Assembly (NCBI GenBank): GCA_951406725.2 | Contig: OX597827.1 | Location: 33,542,001 to 33,606,000 of the forward strand | From: Octopus vulgaris | Taxonomy: Eukaryota | Direction: 5' to 3' | DNA: 64,000 nt | In this document: piece after piece, positions 1-17,329 of the stretch | How positions within the stretch are numbered: position 1 is the first letter of the stretch | Layout: every line of letters begins with the position of its first letter | Made by a program: the position numbers and the translations under genes | The notes under the pieces: generated by a model | Database searches by the model: none | The model's input: the letters and a program-made list of their open reading frames with translations, nothing else | What the model was told of the DNA's origin: nothing

Positions 1-330
1 TTCTTATGTTTATTTCCGGGAGAACTTTGAACATAATTTCCATATCATTGTACATTTTCTTCAAATGCTTAGCATACACTACAATGTCACCCTCTTGTAG
101 CTCCTCCTTGATAGCTACAAGGGTTGGAAAATGCATCAACCCTTTATGCCCAACAAATGTTGGGCATGGTGAATGATTTGAGTTTTCTAACAAAAGTGCT
201 GGTACCCACTTTGCAAATTAAAAGATTTGTAATTTTACCTTGCAGCTAAATTTGTTCAGCAAATTTAGCTTCTCATCTGCAAGATGGAATTTTGTCACAT
301 TTAGCAGTTAGGATTTCCGCTCCAAGTTGC
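1..330 (-). mobile_element. Degenerate hAT (Buster/Charlie-like) transposase fragment
   Basis: Minus-strand translation across frameshifts gives FHLADEKLNLLNK / LQGKITNLLICKVGTSTFVRKL / LMHFPTLVAIKEELQEGDIVVYAKHLKKMYNDME, resembling the YLADIFxKLNxLNxQLQG...HFPxL...YxxHL region of Buster-type hAT transposases. Confidence 0.6.
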
Positions 331-1159
331 TTACCATTTAGAAACATTACATTCAATGACGTGATGCAGTGAATTACCTTTAGAGATTGTCAACAATTAT
401 ATGAATGTCAAAGTAGTAACATAATATTTGAGTCATACAAGACTTTCCAATGACAACTTGACACATTATTCATCAATGATAAATTATTATTGAACTATCA
501 AATGAATCCATTTTTCTCATGACAGGACTTAAGATATATAGAAAATGCATTGCGTGTTTGTGTATGTATGTATGTTTTTGTTATGTAAATTTTAAAGGAT
601 TACATACAGTAACAGAAAGTTTTAAGCAAAAGCTGAGTGTCAGTCGTGTGACCCACTTCACTGAACCTGTGCCCCCAACCCTTAATTCCCATATCTTTCT
701 GTGAACCCAGTGAACTCTGTCATCTCCTCTTTGGAGTCATATGGCTCCAGATTGGGGTGGAGGGGAGAAATATAGATGAACAGCAATCAATAAGTGTATT
801 AATAAACTTAATTCATATGATTCTCTTGAAATATAACAATATTGGCTTAAACACTTGGTTTCAAATCAAAATTATTGCGAAACAAATTCAAAAACAACTC
901 TATTTGTTGGGAAGGAGACAACTGAAAAGAAAAATAATCTTTTTGACATATTTAATTTGAAGATTGTAAAATGCATCACCTGTTTTTCTTTTTTTTTTGT
1001 TTAAATATTGAAGAATGTATTGATTTTATGTGAATTTTGTATATGGGTGGGCTAGCGATACAAAACTTATTTTAATTGAACATACGCACACACTCTATGT
1101 GTTATGTTTTTGCTGACACACATGCATTCACACTGTATGTATGTGTTTCTGTGTTGTTG

Positions 1160-1270
1160 CTGTCATCATTGTTGTTGTCATTGTCATCATTTCCTCCCCC
1201 TCCTCCTCATCATCATCCTCATCCTCCTCATCATCATCATTGCCGCCGCCGCCCCTGCTGCCACCACCAA
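1160..1270. repeat. Trinucleotide low-complexity tract (TCA/TCC/GCC)
   Basis: Runs of tca, tcc, gcc, cca. Confidence 0.85.
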
Positions 1271-1379
1271 AAGTATGGCGACATAGCAGTCGAAAGATCG
1301 TAAAAAATAGGGATTTTCATAGAAAAAATGCACCTTTTTGATGTAAATAATTTTTGGTATTAACATGGTCCGATTTGAA

Positions 1380-1698
1380 TTTAGGGTTAGGGTTAGAGGT
1401 GGGGGGAAGGGTATCTTTTTTCTTCACAAATGTAAATAAGCCCAATCTGTTTCTTAAACGAGGGACATATTCACACGGTACAGAATGTTTTGTTTACCTC
1501 AATGGACGTCATTGATTGGTTGAAATTGCAGAAATTGAAGAAAAAAAACAACAAATATCTTACAAACTATAGAATTTTCTCAATAAAGCCAAGAGAAAAA
1601 GATGTTTTATAAACACATTCTACCAGTATACGAAGTTTAAAATTTTTTTAGTTACCTAGAAATTATGTTAAAAACTGCCGTTCAAACCGAAAAGATCC
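1380..1698 (-). mobile_element. Partial copy of the Merlin-like MITE also at 60630-61037 (one TIR retained)
   Basis: About 310 bp match the reverse complement of 60630-60935; ends in AAAACTGCCGTTCAAACCGAAAAGATCC; starts with TTAGGGTTAGGGTTAG. Confidence 0.8.
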
Positions 1699-2299
1699 TG
1701 CAATTTCGATGTCTAATCCATGCCAGCATGGAAAACGGATTTTAAATGATGTTGACGATATATTTCTATACATATGTACTTGCACACACACACACTGTAA
1801 AGTGGTTAGTATTAGGAAGGGTATCCAGCTGTACAAACCATGCCAAAACAATAGAACCTACTGCAGCGTCTGACCTCACCAGCTCTTGTCAAACGGTCCA
1901 ATCCATGCCAGCATGGAAAACGGATTTTAAATGATGTTGACGATATATTTCTATACATATGTACTTGCATACACACACACGCGCGCGCATGAGTGTATGT
2001 ACGTATGTATAACACACAAATATAAGCATACTCCCCATTCAGTTGTAAACAAACTTCCCTGATATTTGCAAGTTTGTTAATTTATGTCAATGTATTTCTG
2101 TTATACACGCATATATACTTAAATGCTACATACATATACATGTATATCTGTCAATACACACACACATTTATTCTTTCCTATTGCTGTTTTTGGTTGTTGT
2201 AATTGCATGTTGTTGGTGTAGATGTTACTGCTACTATTGTTAAAAATTTATTTTCTTCCTATTATCCATTTCAGAATCTGTAATATTCTTTCTCTCTGT

Positions 2300-2303
2300 C
2301 TAT

Positions 2304-2389
<86 letters not shown>

Positions 2390-2390
2390 C
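2300..2390. repeat. (TATC)n microsatellite
   Basis: About 20 tandem tatc units. Confidence 0.95.
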
Positions 2391-3558
2391 CCTATCTCTC
2401 TATCTATTTGCCTGTCTTTTGTGTTTTATTGTTTTGGGTTATGTTTTTCTTTCCTTTCACTTCCTGATTATTTACTTTTTCACTATTAATAAAATAAATT
2501 CTTTACTATTCGTTTTCTTCGCCTTCGTCCGCCTCCCGCCCCGTCAAATACACCAACAAGCCAACGAAGGGAAGCTTCTCTGCAGCCGATCGACCTGCTA
2601 GACATAGCAATCAAATTTATCTCAAATCCTATCCTACCGTCTTATGAAATTGACACATGGTAAAAACATAATCCGAGATAAACAAAATGACGAGATGGTC
2701 ATAGATGGAACGACTTTGATCATAGCTGGGAATAAACATTAACAACAAAGGCAATAACGATAACATCAATACCACCGACGACAACGGAAACCTCAGCATC
2801 AGTATCATCACTGCCACCACCATAAAAAATTAAAGCCCCATCACCTCTACTATTAAAATCAGCCAACAGGGCTAGCTTCTATACAGTCTCTTGAAGTGCT
2901 AGAAATAGCAACCAAATGTCCCTCTAAATCATATGTATTATCTTAAAAGGATGGAGTACAGTAGAAAGAGGTTTCAAAAAGAACAGGATGCTCATGGCTG
3001 GAACATCTTTGATCATAGGTTTGCTTGATCAGAGTTGAACTGGCACAAAACTACAACGAAACAACAAAATCTTCAATACCATCACCCCAAGCATTATTAC
3101 CATTTCCACCATCGTTCTCTACATTTATTTCGCTATCGAATTATTTAGCAAGCAAACTACTATCATCACCAACTGCACATTAATAACAACAGTAACAATA
3201 CCAATGCTATTTCATTAGCAATACCGCCACCATCACCACCAACCACCAACACCACCACCATTACCACTACCATCATCATTACCAACTTGCTCCCCCCCCT
3301 ATTTTCCAACATCGCTATCAGCTCTTTGCTAAAGAATAAATAAAATAAATAACAAAATATAGCTTGTGGAGAGTGGGGAAATGGGAGGTGGAGGAGGATA
3401 AGATATTTATTCAATTCAATAGACTCAGGAATAGGAAAAAAAATTATTGATTAGAAAATAAAATTTATACCCCCCCCCCATTTTTGGTTGGCTTTCCCAT
3501 CGCGCGCACGCACACATTTATAAAAGACTATAACGTTTACGTCGTATATATATATACC

Positions 3559-3596
<38 letters not shown>

Positions 3597-4149
3597 ATAA
3601 AATATTGAATGTGTATAAATGTGTGCATTTGCACACACACAAGCACACAAATAAGAACACATTAAAAAGTATATGTATAAATGTGTGTGCATATATATAT
3701 ATATGTGTGTATACACACACATATATAGACGCATACATATTACTCATTACATCAACATTAATTTGATTTTCATTTCTGAAATGAAGAAAAATATTTTAAA
3801 AAATGAAAAATGAAAAATTTAACAACCAAATTAGAATGAAAAAAATAAATAAGAGTGAAGTATAATTTTTTTTATTTATTTAATATTTTATTTCATTTTA
3901 ATACCGAAAACCAAATGCTTAAATATTCAATGACTTCCATGTACACACACACAGACTTTCATTCTAATTATAATTTTATTACGATCGTTCGTATCTTTCT
4001 TTCTTTTCTTCTCATCATTTATTTATTTATCGAAGTACTGTGTTTGGATGATGGAAGTTTTGAAGGATTTTCTCTCCCTCCACCCCAGTGTCTTTTCTCT
4101 ATTTTTCTTTGTTTGTTTTACGAGAGAGAAAGAGAGAGAGAGCAAGCAG

Positions 4150-4620
4150 AAATCGTCGCTCTATATTAAACGAATATGTCCGCCAATTTGAAATGACATT
4201 CTTCTCAGCTTAGTAATATGAGAGAGAGAGAGAGACGGAGTGAGAAAGAGAGAGAGAGAGTAAGAGAGTGAGAATGGCGCCTGCTAAAACAGCATTGTTC
4301 CCCCTCTTGCTACACCAACATTCTCTCTACTGATTCTCATCGACAAAATAAAAAGATCAATTAGAAGACCTTCAAATAATAAATAGCTGACAACAAGCTC
4401 GGGCCGGTACGGTACATACGCAAGATTAAATAAAATAAAGTATAGATATTGGTTTTACGCCATAAGTTTAAGGGAGTTTTACAGGATTTGAACTCAAAAT
4501 GCTCTCTATACGTTTCATGAACAATAGAATGGACGGCGCAACCGGTGTAAATTCGACAATAAAAACTTATTCCTGGGAGATATATTTTTAATAAAGAACC
4601 TGAATTATTACGCGGTAACC
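4150..4620. promoter_or_regulatory. Candidate promoter region
   Basis: Repeat-poor, CpG retained relative to flanks, GA tracts, YY1-like AGAATGGCG near 4270, followed by exon-like segments. Confidence 0.3.
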
Positions 4621-4953
4621 ACGTAGAGTAAGAAAAATGTTTCTAGCTAAATGGATTTCATGTCAAAGGAAATGTTTTCTGACTTTAAAAATAATAAAAT
4701 GCATCAACTTAGTAATCGTATTACTGCTTTGTCGAACAAGGCGGCAAAACGTATTTATCTCCCCTTGTGTTGTTTATGTTGTGTGTATGTGTGTTTATGT
4801 ATTAGTGTGTATATGCATAGACATATGTACGTGAGAGTGCGGTAGTGAGAAAGAAAGAGAGAAACATACAGAGAATTTGTAATCAGAGCGACTGTCCCAA
4901 GCAGAGACGGGGCCATCCTGGCATGTGGACGCCAATTCTCTCCTTTGTTACAG

Positions 4954-5013
4954 GCCAGACTCACCGAAGACTTATTCTGAGCCACCAGCAGTTCGGACCC
5001 CGACTGGAAATGT
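4954..5013 (+). other. Candidate small exon (60 nt)
   Basis: ttctctcctttgttacag| ... |gtaagt; coding status unknown. Confidence 0.35.
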
Positions 5014-5310
5014 GTAAGTGGGTGTTCTGTTTTCTTGACTGATCTCTGTAAGAAGTGAAGAAGGCGACTGAGTGAGATATGGTAATGATGATGATGATGA
5101 TGTGACGAGGAAAGGGACAGGGACATGTGTCTCTGTGTATGTATAAGTGAATGTGTACATATAAATATATATATTATATATACTAAAATATATAATAAGT
5201 CCATGTACGTGTGCTTACAATCACATCCCTAACACTGCACGTTTTCCTATGTTTATAATTATTGTTTCTCCCTTTTCCTCCCTCCCTCCTCGGTAAATAC
5301 ATCTATACAG

Positions 5311-5350
5311 CCCGCTCTACCTCGATGCCATAAGCCGACCCACACTTTTT
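5311..5350 (+). other. Candidate small exon (40 nt)
   Basis: Upstream polypyrimidine tract, atacag| ... ttttt|gtaagt. Confidence 0.35.
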
Positions 5351-5704
5351 GTAAGTAAACCAAGCCCCTATGGCTTTCTTACACTCAGTTGTTTCTTCTC
5401 TCGGGACGGGACTGTCACACTGCAGTTCCTCACCGTCATCACCATCACCACCTACGTTCACAGTCTCTATTCCCATCTCGAAACTCTTTTTCTCTCTACG
5501 TCTCTTTTGTACATCTGTATCTCTTTCGCTTTCCATATTCTTTCCACATTCTCTATTTATCGTCCCCTAATCCCGGCAGTGCCGCTCCGTTTCTTCTCGT
5601 TCTACACAACTTCGCTATTATATTGTTCTTATTCCTATCTTGCTAATAATTGTATTCCAAAATATAACGGGAACGTGCCTCGTAATTCTTTCATTATATG
5701 TACG

Positions 5705-5774
<70 letters not shown>

Positions 5775-6303
5775 TCTATCTATCTATATATATATATGTA
5801 TATATACATACATACACGTGTGTGTAAAGTATGCATTTGTGTGTGTATATATATACGAATAATTATTATCATACACACATGCATAAAATATATGTATCAT
5901 GTATGGAAAAATAAATATATGCATTATGACCATATATAAGTGTATGTATATAAGAATATGTAAAAGTGAATCTATATATACACATTGTATGTCCTTGTAT
6001 ATATAGTCATATATATTAGTGTATTTTATGTATAGGAATATATATTTATATTTATGTATGAATAGGTATATATGTGTGTGTATTTATATATGAATTTTTA
6101 TATATTTACATACAATGTATTGTATATATATATATATGCATATATAGTTATATGTGTATATGTATGTATATATCTACGTTTGTATGGATATACATATACG
6201 CATTCGTGTGTGTATATATATATATATGTGTTTATATAGAGACGTGTGAATACATGTGTATTTAAGTTATATATGTATAACCATATATGTTTCTGTACAT
6301 GAA

Positions 6304-6363
<60 letters not shown>

Positions 6364-6725
6364 CTTACAAATACATACATATATGGACATGTTTACATAT
6401 CCATATGTATCTATGTGTGTATATATATATTATATAAACGTAAACATGTACATGTGTGTGTGTGTATTTTATATATATACATGTTTATACATATATATGT
6501 GAGCGGATATACATGTTTGTATGTGTATAAATTTGTATAAATTCGCACGTGTGTGTGTATGTATATACACATGTATATAATAATGTGGCATAGTATCTGA
6601 TCTACGACATGCGAAACTTCGCCAATAATGTATACACATCTATATATATGGATATAAACAAATACGTATATATGCGTTTTATATAGTAAAATACATATTT
6701 ACATGCATACATATATACACATGTA

Positions 6726-6770
<45 letters not shown>

Positions 6771-6976
6771 AGGTGTATGTATAAATAGATATGTGCAAGG
6801 ACACAGGTTAGAGTTGGCAACAGGAAGGGCATCCAGCTATGGAAATTCTGTGTCACCAGTCTTTGTCCAACCTATGCAAGCATGAAAACTAGATGCTGAA
6901 ATGAAAATGTCTGTGTATCTCTCCCTCTTTCTGTGTGTGAGTAAATGTAGAACGTTGGAATGAGAGCTCAGTACCG

Positions 6977-7007
<31 letters not shown>

Positions 7008-7009
7008 CA

Positions 7010-7041
<32 letters not shown>

Positions 7042-7505
7042 CATATACACACACACATGTGTGTGTGTATATGTATATATATATGTGTATATAAGGATCT
7101 ATACATGTTTGTGTATATATGTGTATCTATGTATGTGTGTATACATTCTTAAGTATGTTTATATATGTATATACATAGTCGTCTCTGTGTGTTTCTCATG
7201 AATAATCAGAAGTTACGGAGTGATTGAAGGGTCAATGGTTTCATGTCTTGACCTTTCAGTCATTCTGTAACTTCTGCCAATTATTAATACAAAAAGACAC
7301 CTATACTAATGTTTTGAACATACATATTGCTATACAATTTAGAATATTGCTTCTCAACAATGTGGCTTCAGGTTTAGCTGTTTAACCCCATTGTGCAGTG
7401 CATTGGGTTTCTTCTGTAAACATTGACTGGCTAAAGCATTTTCCTTGAACTTGATGACAAATTACAAGCAACCATCGTGTGTGTGACTGTCTGTCTATAT
7501 ATATT

Positions 7506-7536
<31 letters not shown>

Positions 7537-7710
7537 ATGTATATAGATATATGTATGTATATATATATGTATATGTATATATATATATACATTATATATA
7601 CATATACATACATACAGATATATACATATACGCACATACACACATACATATATATACATATATATATATATACATATACACATATACATATATATACATA
7701 CATATATATA

Positions 7711-7867
7711 CATATGATTGATTGATTGATTCTAGTTTCAGCTCACGAACTGTGGCCATGCTGGGGCACCGCCACTTGGTGTTGTAAAGCCATGTAGCAA
7801 CACCAAGTAGCGGTGCCCCAGCATGGCCACAGCTCGTGAGCTGAAACTAGAATCAATCAATCATATG
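7711..7867. repeat. Fold-back pair of CR1 LINE 3' ends
   Basis: About 70-bp arms with 2 mismatches around a 13-nt spacer; each arm matches the 3' UTR plus (AATC)n tail of the LINE at 20885-20960. Confidence 0.9.
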
Positions 7868-9692
<1,825 letters not shown>

Positions 9693-9699
9693 TAATGAT

Positions 9700-10169
9700 G
9701 ATATTAGGGAGTATATCGAAACTTACAGGGAAAAATTAGATTTAGGAATAAATCAAATTTCATAGTATAAATATAAGATTAGAGATAAAACCACTTTTAG
9801 GCAACTCATATAAGATTAGAGATAAAACCACTTTTAGGCAACTCATAAACCAAAAAATAAATAATACGATATACAATCTCTATATATAAAATATATATAA
9901 AAAATTTAAATTTTAAATTGTTAAAATTTGAAATTTAAAATTTTTTATTTATAAATTATTATATTTTTATATTTTTTTTTAAATTAAAAATTTTTTTAAA
10001 ATTATTAAATTTATAAACTATAAATTTTTTCTTTATTTTTTTATACTAACCAAAAAGTATAAAATTTTATATTTTATATATATATTGTATATTATATATT
10101 TTTTATATTTTGGTTTATGTCTATCACTGTTCAAGTTGCCTAATAGTGGTTTTATCATTAATTTAATTT

Positions 10170-10170
<1 letters not shown>
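9700..10170. mobile_element. AT-rich PLE-terminus-like remnant with inverted ends
   Basis: ATTAGAGATAAAACCACTTTTAGGCAACT (tandemly duplicated 9771-9848) is inverted at 10134-10162; same motif at 28093-28120 beside the Penelope element. Confidence 0.55.
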
Positions 10171-12265
<2,095 letters not shown>

Positions 12266-12267
12266 TT

Positions 12268-12580
12268 CTTATTCTTTTGTAAGCCCAGTACCTATTCTAT
12301 TGGCTCTTTTGCCGAACCGCTAAGTAACGGGAACATAAACACACCAGCATCGGTTGTGAAGCAATACTAGGGGGACAGACACAGACACACAAACACACAC
12401 ACGCATATATATATACATATATACGACGGGCTTCTTCCAGTTTCCGTCTTCTACCAAATCCACTCACAAGGCTTTGATCGGCCCGAGAAGACACTTGCCC
12501 AAGGTGCCACGCAGTGGGACTGAACCCGGAACCATGCGGTTGGTAAACAAGCTACTTACCACAGAGCCACTCCTGCGCCT
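12268..12580 (-). mobile_element. tRNA-derived SINE family A (tail truncated)
   Basis: Minus strand A box TGGCTCTGTGG and B box GGTTCAGTCCC, internal microsatellite; many copies in window. Confidence 0.9.
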
Positions 12581-12741
12581 ATACATATATATATACATAT
12601 ACATACACATATGTATATATACATATACATATATATATATATATATATATGCTTATTTGTGTATATATATATTCATTTATACATACATATATATATATGT
12701 GTATATATGCATATATATATGTATGTATATATATGCATATG

Positions 12742-13038
12742 TGGAGACGCAATGGCCCAGTGGTTAGGGCCGAAAACTCGCGGTTGTAGGATCGCGGTTT
12801 CGATTCCCAGGCGTTGTGTGTGTTTATTGAGTGAAAACACCTAAAAACTCCACGATGCTCCGGCAGGGGGGGGGGGGTGATCCCTGCTGTACTCTTTCAC
12901 CACTCTTTCTCTCACTCTTTCTTCTGTTGGCCTTCTCGCTTAGCCAGCAGGGTGGCGTCATTTGAAGGCTAAAACAATGCGAATGCATTGTGACCAGCGA
13001 TGTGTAGCAACATCTGATGGTCTGGTCAGTCACGTGAT
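12742..13038 (+). mobile_element. tRNA-derived SINE, second family
   Basis: A box TGGCCCAGTGG, B box GTTTCGATTCC, flanked by TA repeats. Confidence 0.7.
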
Positions 13039-13402
13039 ATATATGCATATATATATATATATATATTTATGTTTGTGTGTATATATGCATATATATATAT
13101 ATATATGGTGGCTGCCCCCTCGTAATCGAGTATGGCCATTGCACAAAGCTTAATCAATATTGTTATCATGCATTGCCTGTGCAAGAAGATTTTTTTTTAA
13201 ATGGGGATGGCTGTGTACTGAGTCAGTCCCACTCACTAAGCAACAGCAGCCAAAATCCAAAAAGAACAAGTCAACATCATTGGTAACCACTGAGCCGCAC
13301 GTATTATATACCTAAGTATATAATACTTAATGATGTTCTGTTTATTATTTAGGCAGTCATCGTAATTGTTATGATGTCTTGTTGTTGAGATAGGTTCTCT
13401 TT

Positions 13403-13485
13403 CTTTTCTGATGAGAATATTGCATTTTACACTGCTTATTCCTTTGGAATAAAACCAATGTTTTGTTCGAAACATATGTTGAAAG
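13403..13485 (+). ncRNA. Minimal type-I hammerhead ribozyme motif, core intact
   Basis: Stem I CTTTT/GAAAG; CTGATGA 13408-13414; stem II GAATA/TGTTC; GAAA 13469-13472; palindromic ACATATGT stem III; UH=TT. Confidence 0.7.
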
Positions 13486-13530
13486 TAAAAGAATTTTAAT
13501 AACATCTGCGTACAACTTCATTTATTTACT

Positions 13531-13569
<39 letters not shown>

Positions 13570-13633
13570 TTAAGTATATATATGTTTAGTATTTATATGC
13601 ATATATGTATGTTTATATGCATATATATATATA

Positions 13634-14096
13634 TCTGTATATATATAAAAGGCAAGGCTTGTGTGTGTACGTGATTGTAATTTTTGCACATTCACAAATT
13701 AGCCCGCATGTCGCTCCAATTTTAGGAGGACATTTGTCATGATCCTAGCTGTGTTTTCCTTAAATTATTTCCCCCGAAGGCACCAGCAGATACCAGTAAT
13801 AATAAATTTCCGACCGTGACTTAACAATTTTCACGGTGGAGAAATCCACCATTGTTTTACAAACAGAAGTTAAGTCCCCTTCTAGCAACGGTGTAAAGAG
13901 GGGGACTGAGAGTGAGAGAGAGAGATAACAGATTTTTAAAATTTCGTCTTTTTACTGTGTGATTGGCAGGCAAAAATAGACAGACAGGTGTTGTTATGTA
14001 TGTATGTGTGAATGGCTTCGGTCATACACACACATACGTGAGCATGTATGCGTGGCATACAAAACACATGTATGCAATGTGTATGTGAGTGTGTTG

Positions 14097-14138
<42 letters not shown>

Positions 14139-14661
14139 ATATAAATGACACTCTCCGTTTCTCCACAACTAATTTCCAAATTAGCTGAATCCGTTGCTCT
14201 GCTCATACCGATACATAGCTAGTCATGCGTGAACATGGGAGAGAACAGAGGTTACCAGAGCAAAACACCTACATGTTGACTGTAGACATGCTCCTTCGCA
14301 AACTGTCCATGTTTTCAAAAGGAGAGATCTGACTCTTTTCCACCATAACGTCTACCAATTTTGATGTTTTTTGTTCAAACTTGATGCCAGCATTACTTAG
14401 GACTCATGGGATCTTTGAATGCTTTAAGCTCTCCAAAAACAAACAAAAAAAAACAATCGATGAGTGGAAAAAATCAATAAACCGATTCCTTATGGGATTT
14501 CCCAATCAAATTGTCTGCAAAATTTCAGCCAAAATTTTACCAATTTCAACGGGTTTCACTCAAATTTGACGTCGATGTTACTTAGATTGCTTTGAAATAA
14601 AGAGCTTGATTAGCTTAATATTCCTAACTTAATCACGAGCAAAGCTGGGCTATACTGCTAG
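13634..14661 (+). mobile_element. Non-autonomous Helitron
   Basis: A|TC...TATATAAAA 5' end; decayed subterminal hairpin CACGAGCAAAGCTGGG; 3' ATACTGCTAG|T; ends resemble 52719-53113. Confidence 0.75.
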
Positions 14662-14734
14662 TATGTATATATGCATGTGTATGTATATGTATGTATGTAT
14701 GTATGTATATATATATATATATATAGGTATATAT

Positions 14735-15810
14735 ACAGAAATGGCATGAGTCCGGTTGCTACGCAATATGTCCAGCTGTCTCATAAGAATTTTCCTCTCC
14801 CCAGGGATTTTGTTCTTGTAGCCTTTCTCTCCATGACACATTTGTAGCATATGGCTTGCATTACTGACATGAATTGTTGAAGTTTCATGTTGATGTCCGG
14901 TGAGGAGAGACATTTAGCCCAGTTTTGTTTGTGGATCTTTTTCTCAACTTGTTTCCAGATTGCCTTATGGAAGCTCAAGCTGGAAAGATTTTGAGAGTTT
15001 CTTGTAGACTGCATGTCCATGGTTTCCTTTGGTCCGTACATGGTCAGCTATACCATGTTGTGATCTGAGAGTAGCGTCTGTGTCACTTTCACATTATGGA
15101 TGAGATCTATATTATTTGTGAAGCAGAGATCCAGTATGTTACCTGCCCTGGTTGGTTGGAGTACAATTTGTTCCATGTACAAAGTGTTGATGAGGTTCAG
15201 GAGGGACTTCACCTGTCCTTGTTCGCATTGCGCTATTTCTGAGAGAGAAAGGCCCTCAGGTTGTCTGACATTGGCAGATTGAAGTCTCCAGTGTTGTTCT
15301 AATGTAACAAGAACTTCTATTTTTCCATGATTCAGAGCATCTGGAGGGCGATATGAAGTAGATATAACTACATTGGGTTGTCTTATATGTACAATTAGTG
15401 TGTCACATACTGAATTTGAGTGTGTGAAAAGGACCTGGGGTGTGAGTTCTTTGCAGATGTACATAGGAACTCCACCATGACTCCTTTCTTTTCCGTCAGT
15501 CCGTAATACAACATATTATGGTATGTGTATTTCTGCATTTGCTATATCTGGTTTCATGTGTGTTTCCTATAAGTGCTATTGCATAAGGCTTGATTGCATG
15601 CAACAAGGTCTCTCAGGAAGGGGATTTTTGTCCTGTTACTAAGTGTTAACAGTCCTCTGATGTTCAGGAAAAGCACTGATGTGATGTCTGTGTTGTTGCT
15701 AGTGGTGTCCACCTTGGACCCATTTGCTGTAATGGTCTTGTGTATTGGGGATAGTCCTATCTGTGAGATTGATGTAGCCAGGCCAGTTACTGTACAATCT
15801 TTTGTGCCAT
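14735..15810 (-). mobile_element. Degenerate CR1-type LINE AP-endonuclease region
   Basis: LFLNIRGL, SYRPP, QIVLQPTRAGNILDLCFTN and SDHNMV motifs, with stops and frameshifts. Confidence 0.9.
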
Positions 15811-15829
15811 GCAAAGGGCCTCTTGCTCA

Positions 15830-16260
15830 GAGTGAAAGGTAGACTGTATAATGCATGTGTGCAAACAGCCATGCTACATGGCAGTGAAACATGAGCCATT
15901 ACTTTTGAGGACCTATGTAGGCTTGAAAGAAATGAAGCTTGTATGATCTATTGGATGTGTAATGTCAATGTGCACATGACATAGTGTAAGCGACCTGAGA
16001 GAAATTTTGGGCATAAGAAGCATCAGATGTGGTGTGCAAGATAGATGACTGCACGGGTATGGTCATGTGCTGCATATGGATGAGGAGAGCTGTGTAAAGA
16101 AGTGTCACCCTAACATTGGAAAGAACTTGTGAAAGAGGGAGATCCAGAAAGACATGGGGTTTGGTGGTGAAGCACGACTTTTGAACGTTGGGCCTTACAG
16201 AGGCAATGACAAGTGACCGAGACCTTTGGAGAACCTGTGATTGAGAAGAGCCAGCAAGTA
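15830..16260 (+). mobile_element. RTE-clade LINE C-terminal fragment
   Basis: VKGRLYNACVQTAMLHGSET*, RLERNEACMIYWMCNV and GYGHVLHMDEESCVKKC. Confidence 0.8.
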
Positions 16261-16384
16261 AAATGAGATCACAGCCATAGCCTTTACCAGTGTCGCATAA
16301 CCAGCCCATTTAAAAGTACCCTTGAATCATCAGGTGGTACGCTGCACTTGAGAAGACCTATTGAGTGAGGTAAAATCAAAATTA

Positions 16385-16748
16385 AAATGGAAATTGTAGT
16401 TGTGGCCAATGCCAGTGCCACCTAACTGTGCAGGTGGCATGTAATAAGCACCATTTAAGCGTGGGTCAATGCCAGTCCCCCGCCAGCTGGCTTCTGTGCC
16501 AGTGACATATAGAAAGCACCATTCGAACATGGTCGATGCCAATGCCACCTCACTGGCTCCCATGCCAGTGGCATGTAAAATGTACCTAATACACTCTCGG
16601 AGTGTTTGGCGTTAGGAAGGGCATCCAGCTGTAGAAACCTTGACAGATCAGACTGGAGCCTGGTGCAGCCTACTGGCTTGCCAGTCCCCAGTCAAACCAT
16701 CCGACCTCTGCCAGCATGGAAAACGGATTTTAAATGATGGTGATGATA
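16385..16748 (+). mobile_element. Repeat family B (RTE 3' UTR or RTE-tailed SINE)
   Basis: Internal GGCAYGTAAAAAGCACC-like subrepeats, TTAGGAAGGGCATCCAGC, tail GCATGGAAAACGGA...(TGA)n; other copies near 26100, 49440, 51200, 51650, 52030. Confidence 0.75.
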
Positions 16749-16989
16749 TATATATAGTCAATTTAAAGAACAAACAACTATAAAACAAACAAACATGAGG
16801 ACATGCATAAGCAATATATTAATTTGACACTTGGTGAAAGGAGAGAGTTGTTAATGTTTCAAGCATAGCTCTTTGTCGGAAAGAGGTAAGTCCAAAAGGA
16901 AATCAGGATAAATTGCCAACAATCTATGTGCAGTTACATTTCTGAAGTGACCATGTATGCATATATAAAAAGGGTAAAGAAGAATGAAG

Positions 16990-17282
16990 ACCCCCTTTTG
17001 GTCATGAATGACCATGGGATTGCTCCTAGGAAGTTACCCTACAAGGTACAAGTCTAGGCAAGGTTGTTTATAGAAGACCAGCAGTTGCTCATGCATACCA
17101 GCCTCCCCCTCCAAGTGAAACGGCAAAGGCCAATCCAGCTTGGCACCAGTGATGTTGCAATTCATTTCTACAGCTGTGGAAACTGGAGTAGTGTGAGATA
17201 AAGTTTCCTGCTCAGGAACACAACGCACAGCCTGTCTAGGAAATGAACTCACTACCTCATAATTGCGAGCCCAATGCTACAC

Positions 17283-17285
<3 letters not shown>
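16990..17285 (-). mobile_element. SINE-like interspersed repeat (second copy about 47765-48020)
   Basis: Shared GACCATGGGATTGC...AGAAGACCAGCAG...CATTTCTACAGCTG blocks. Confidence 0.7.

Positions 17286-17329
<44 letters not shown>

Noticed and set aside
1381-1396. Interstitial telomere or fusion site
   Set aside because: Fewer than three units and internal to a MITE
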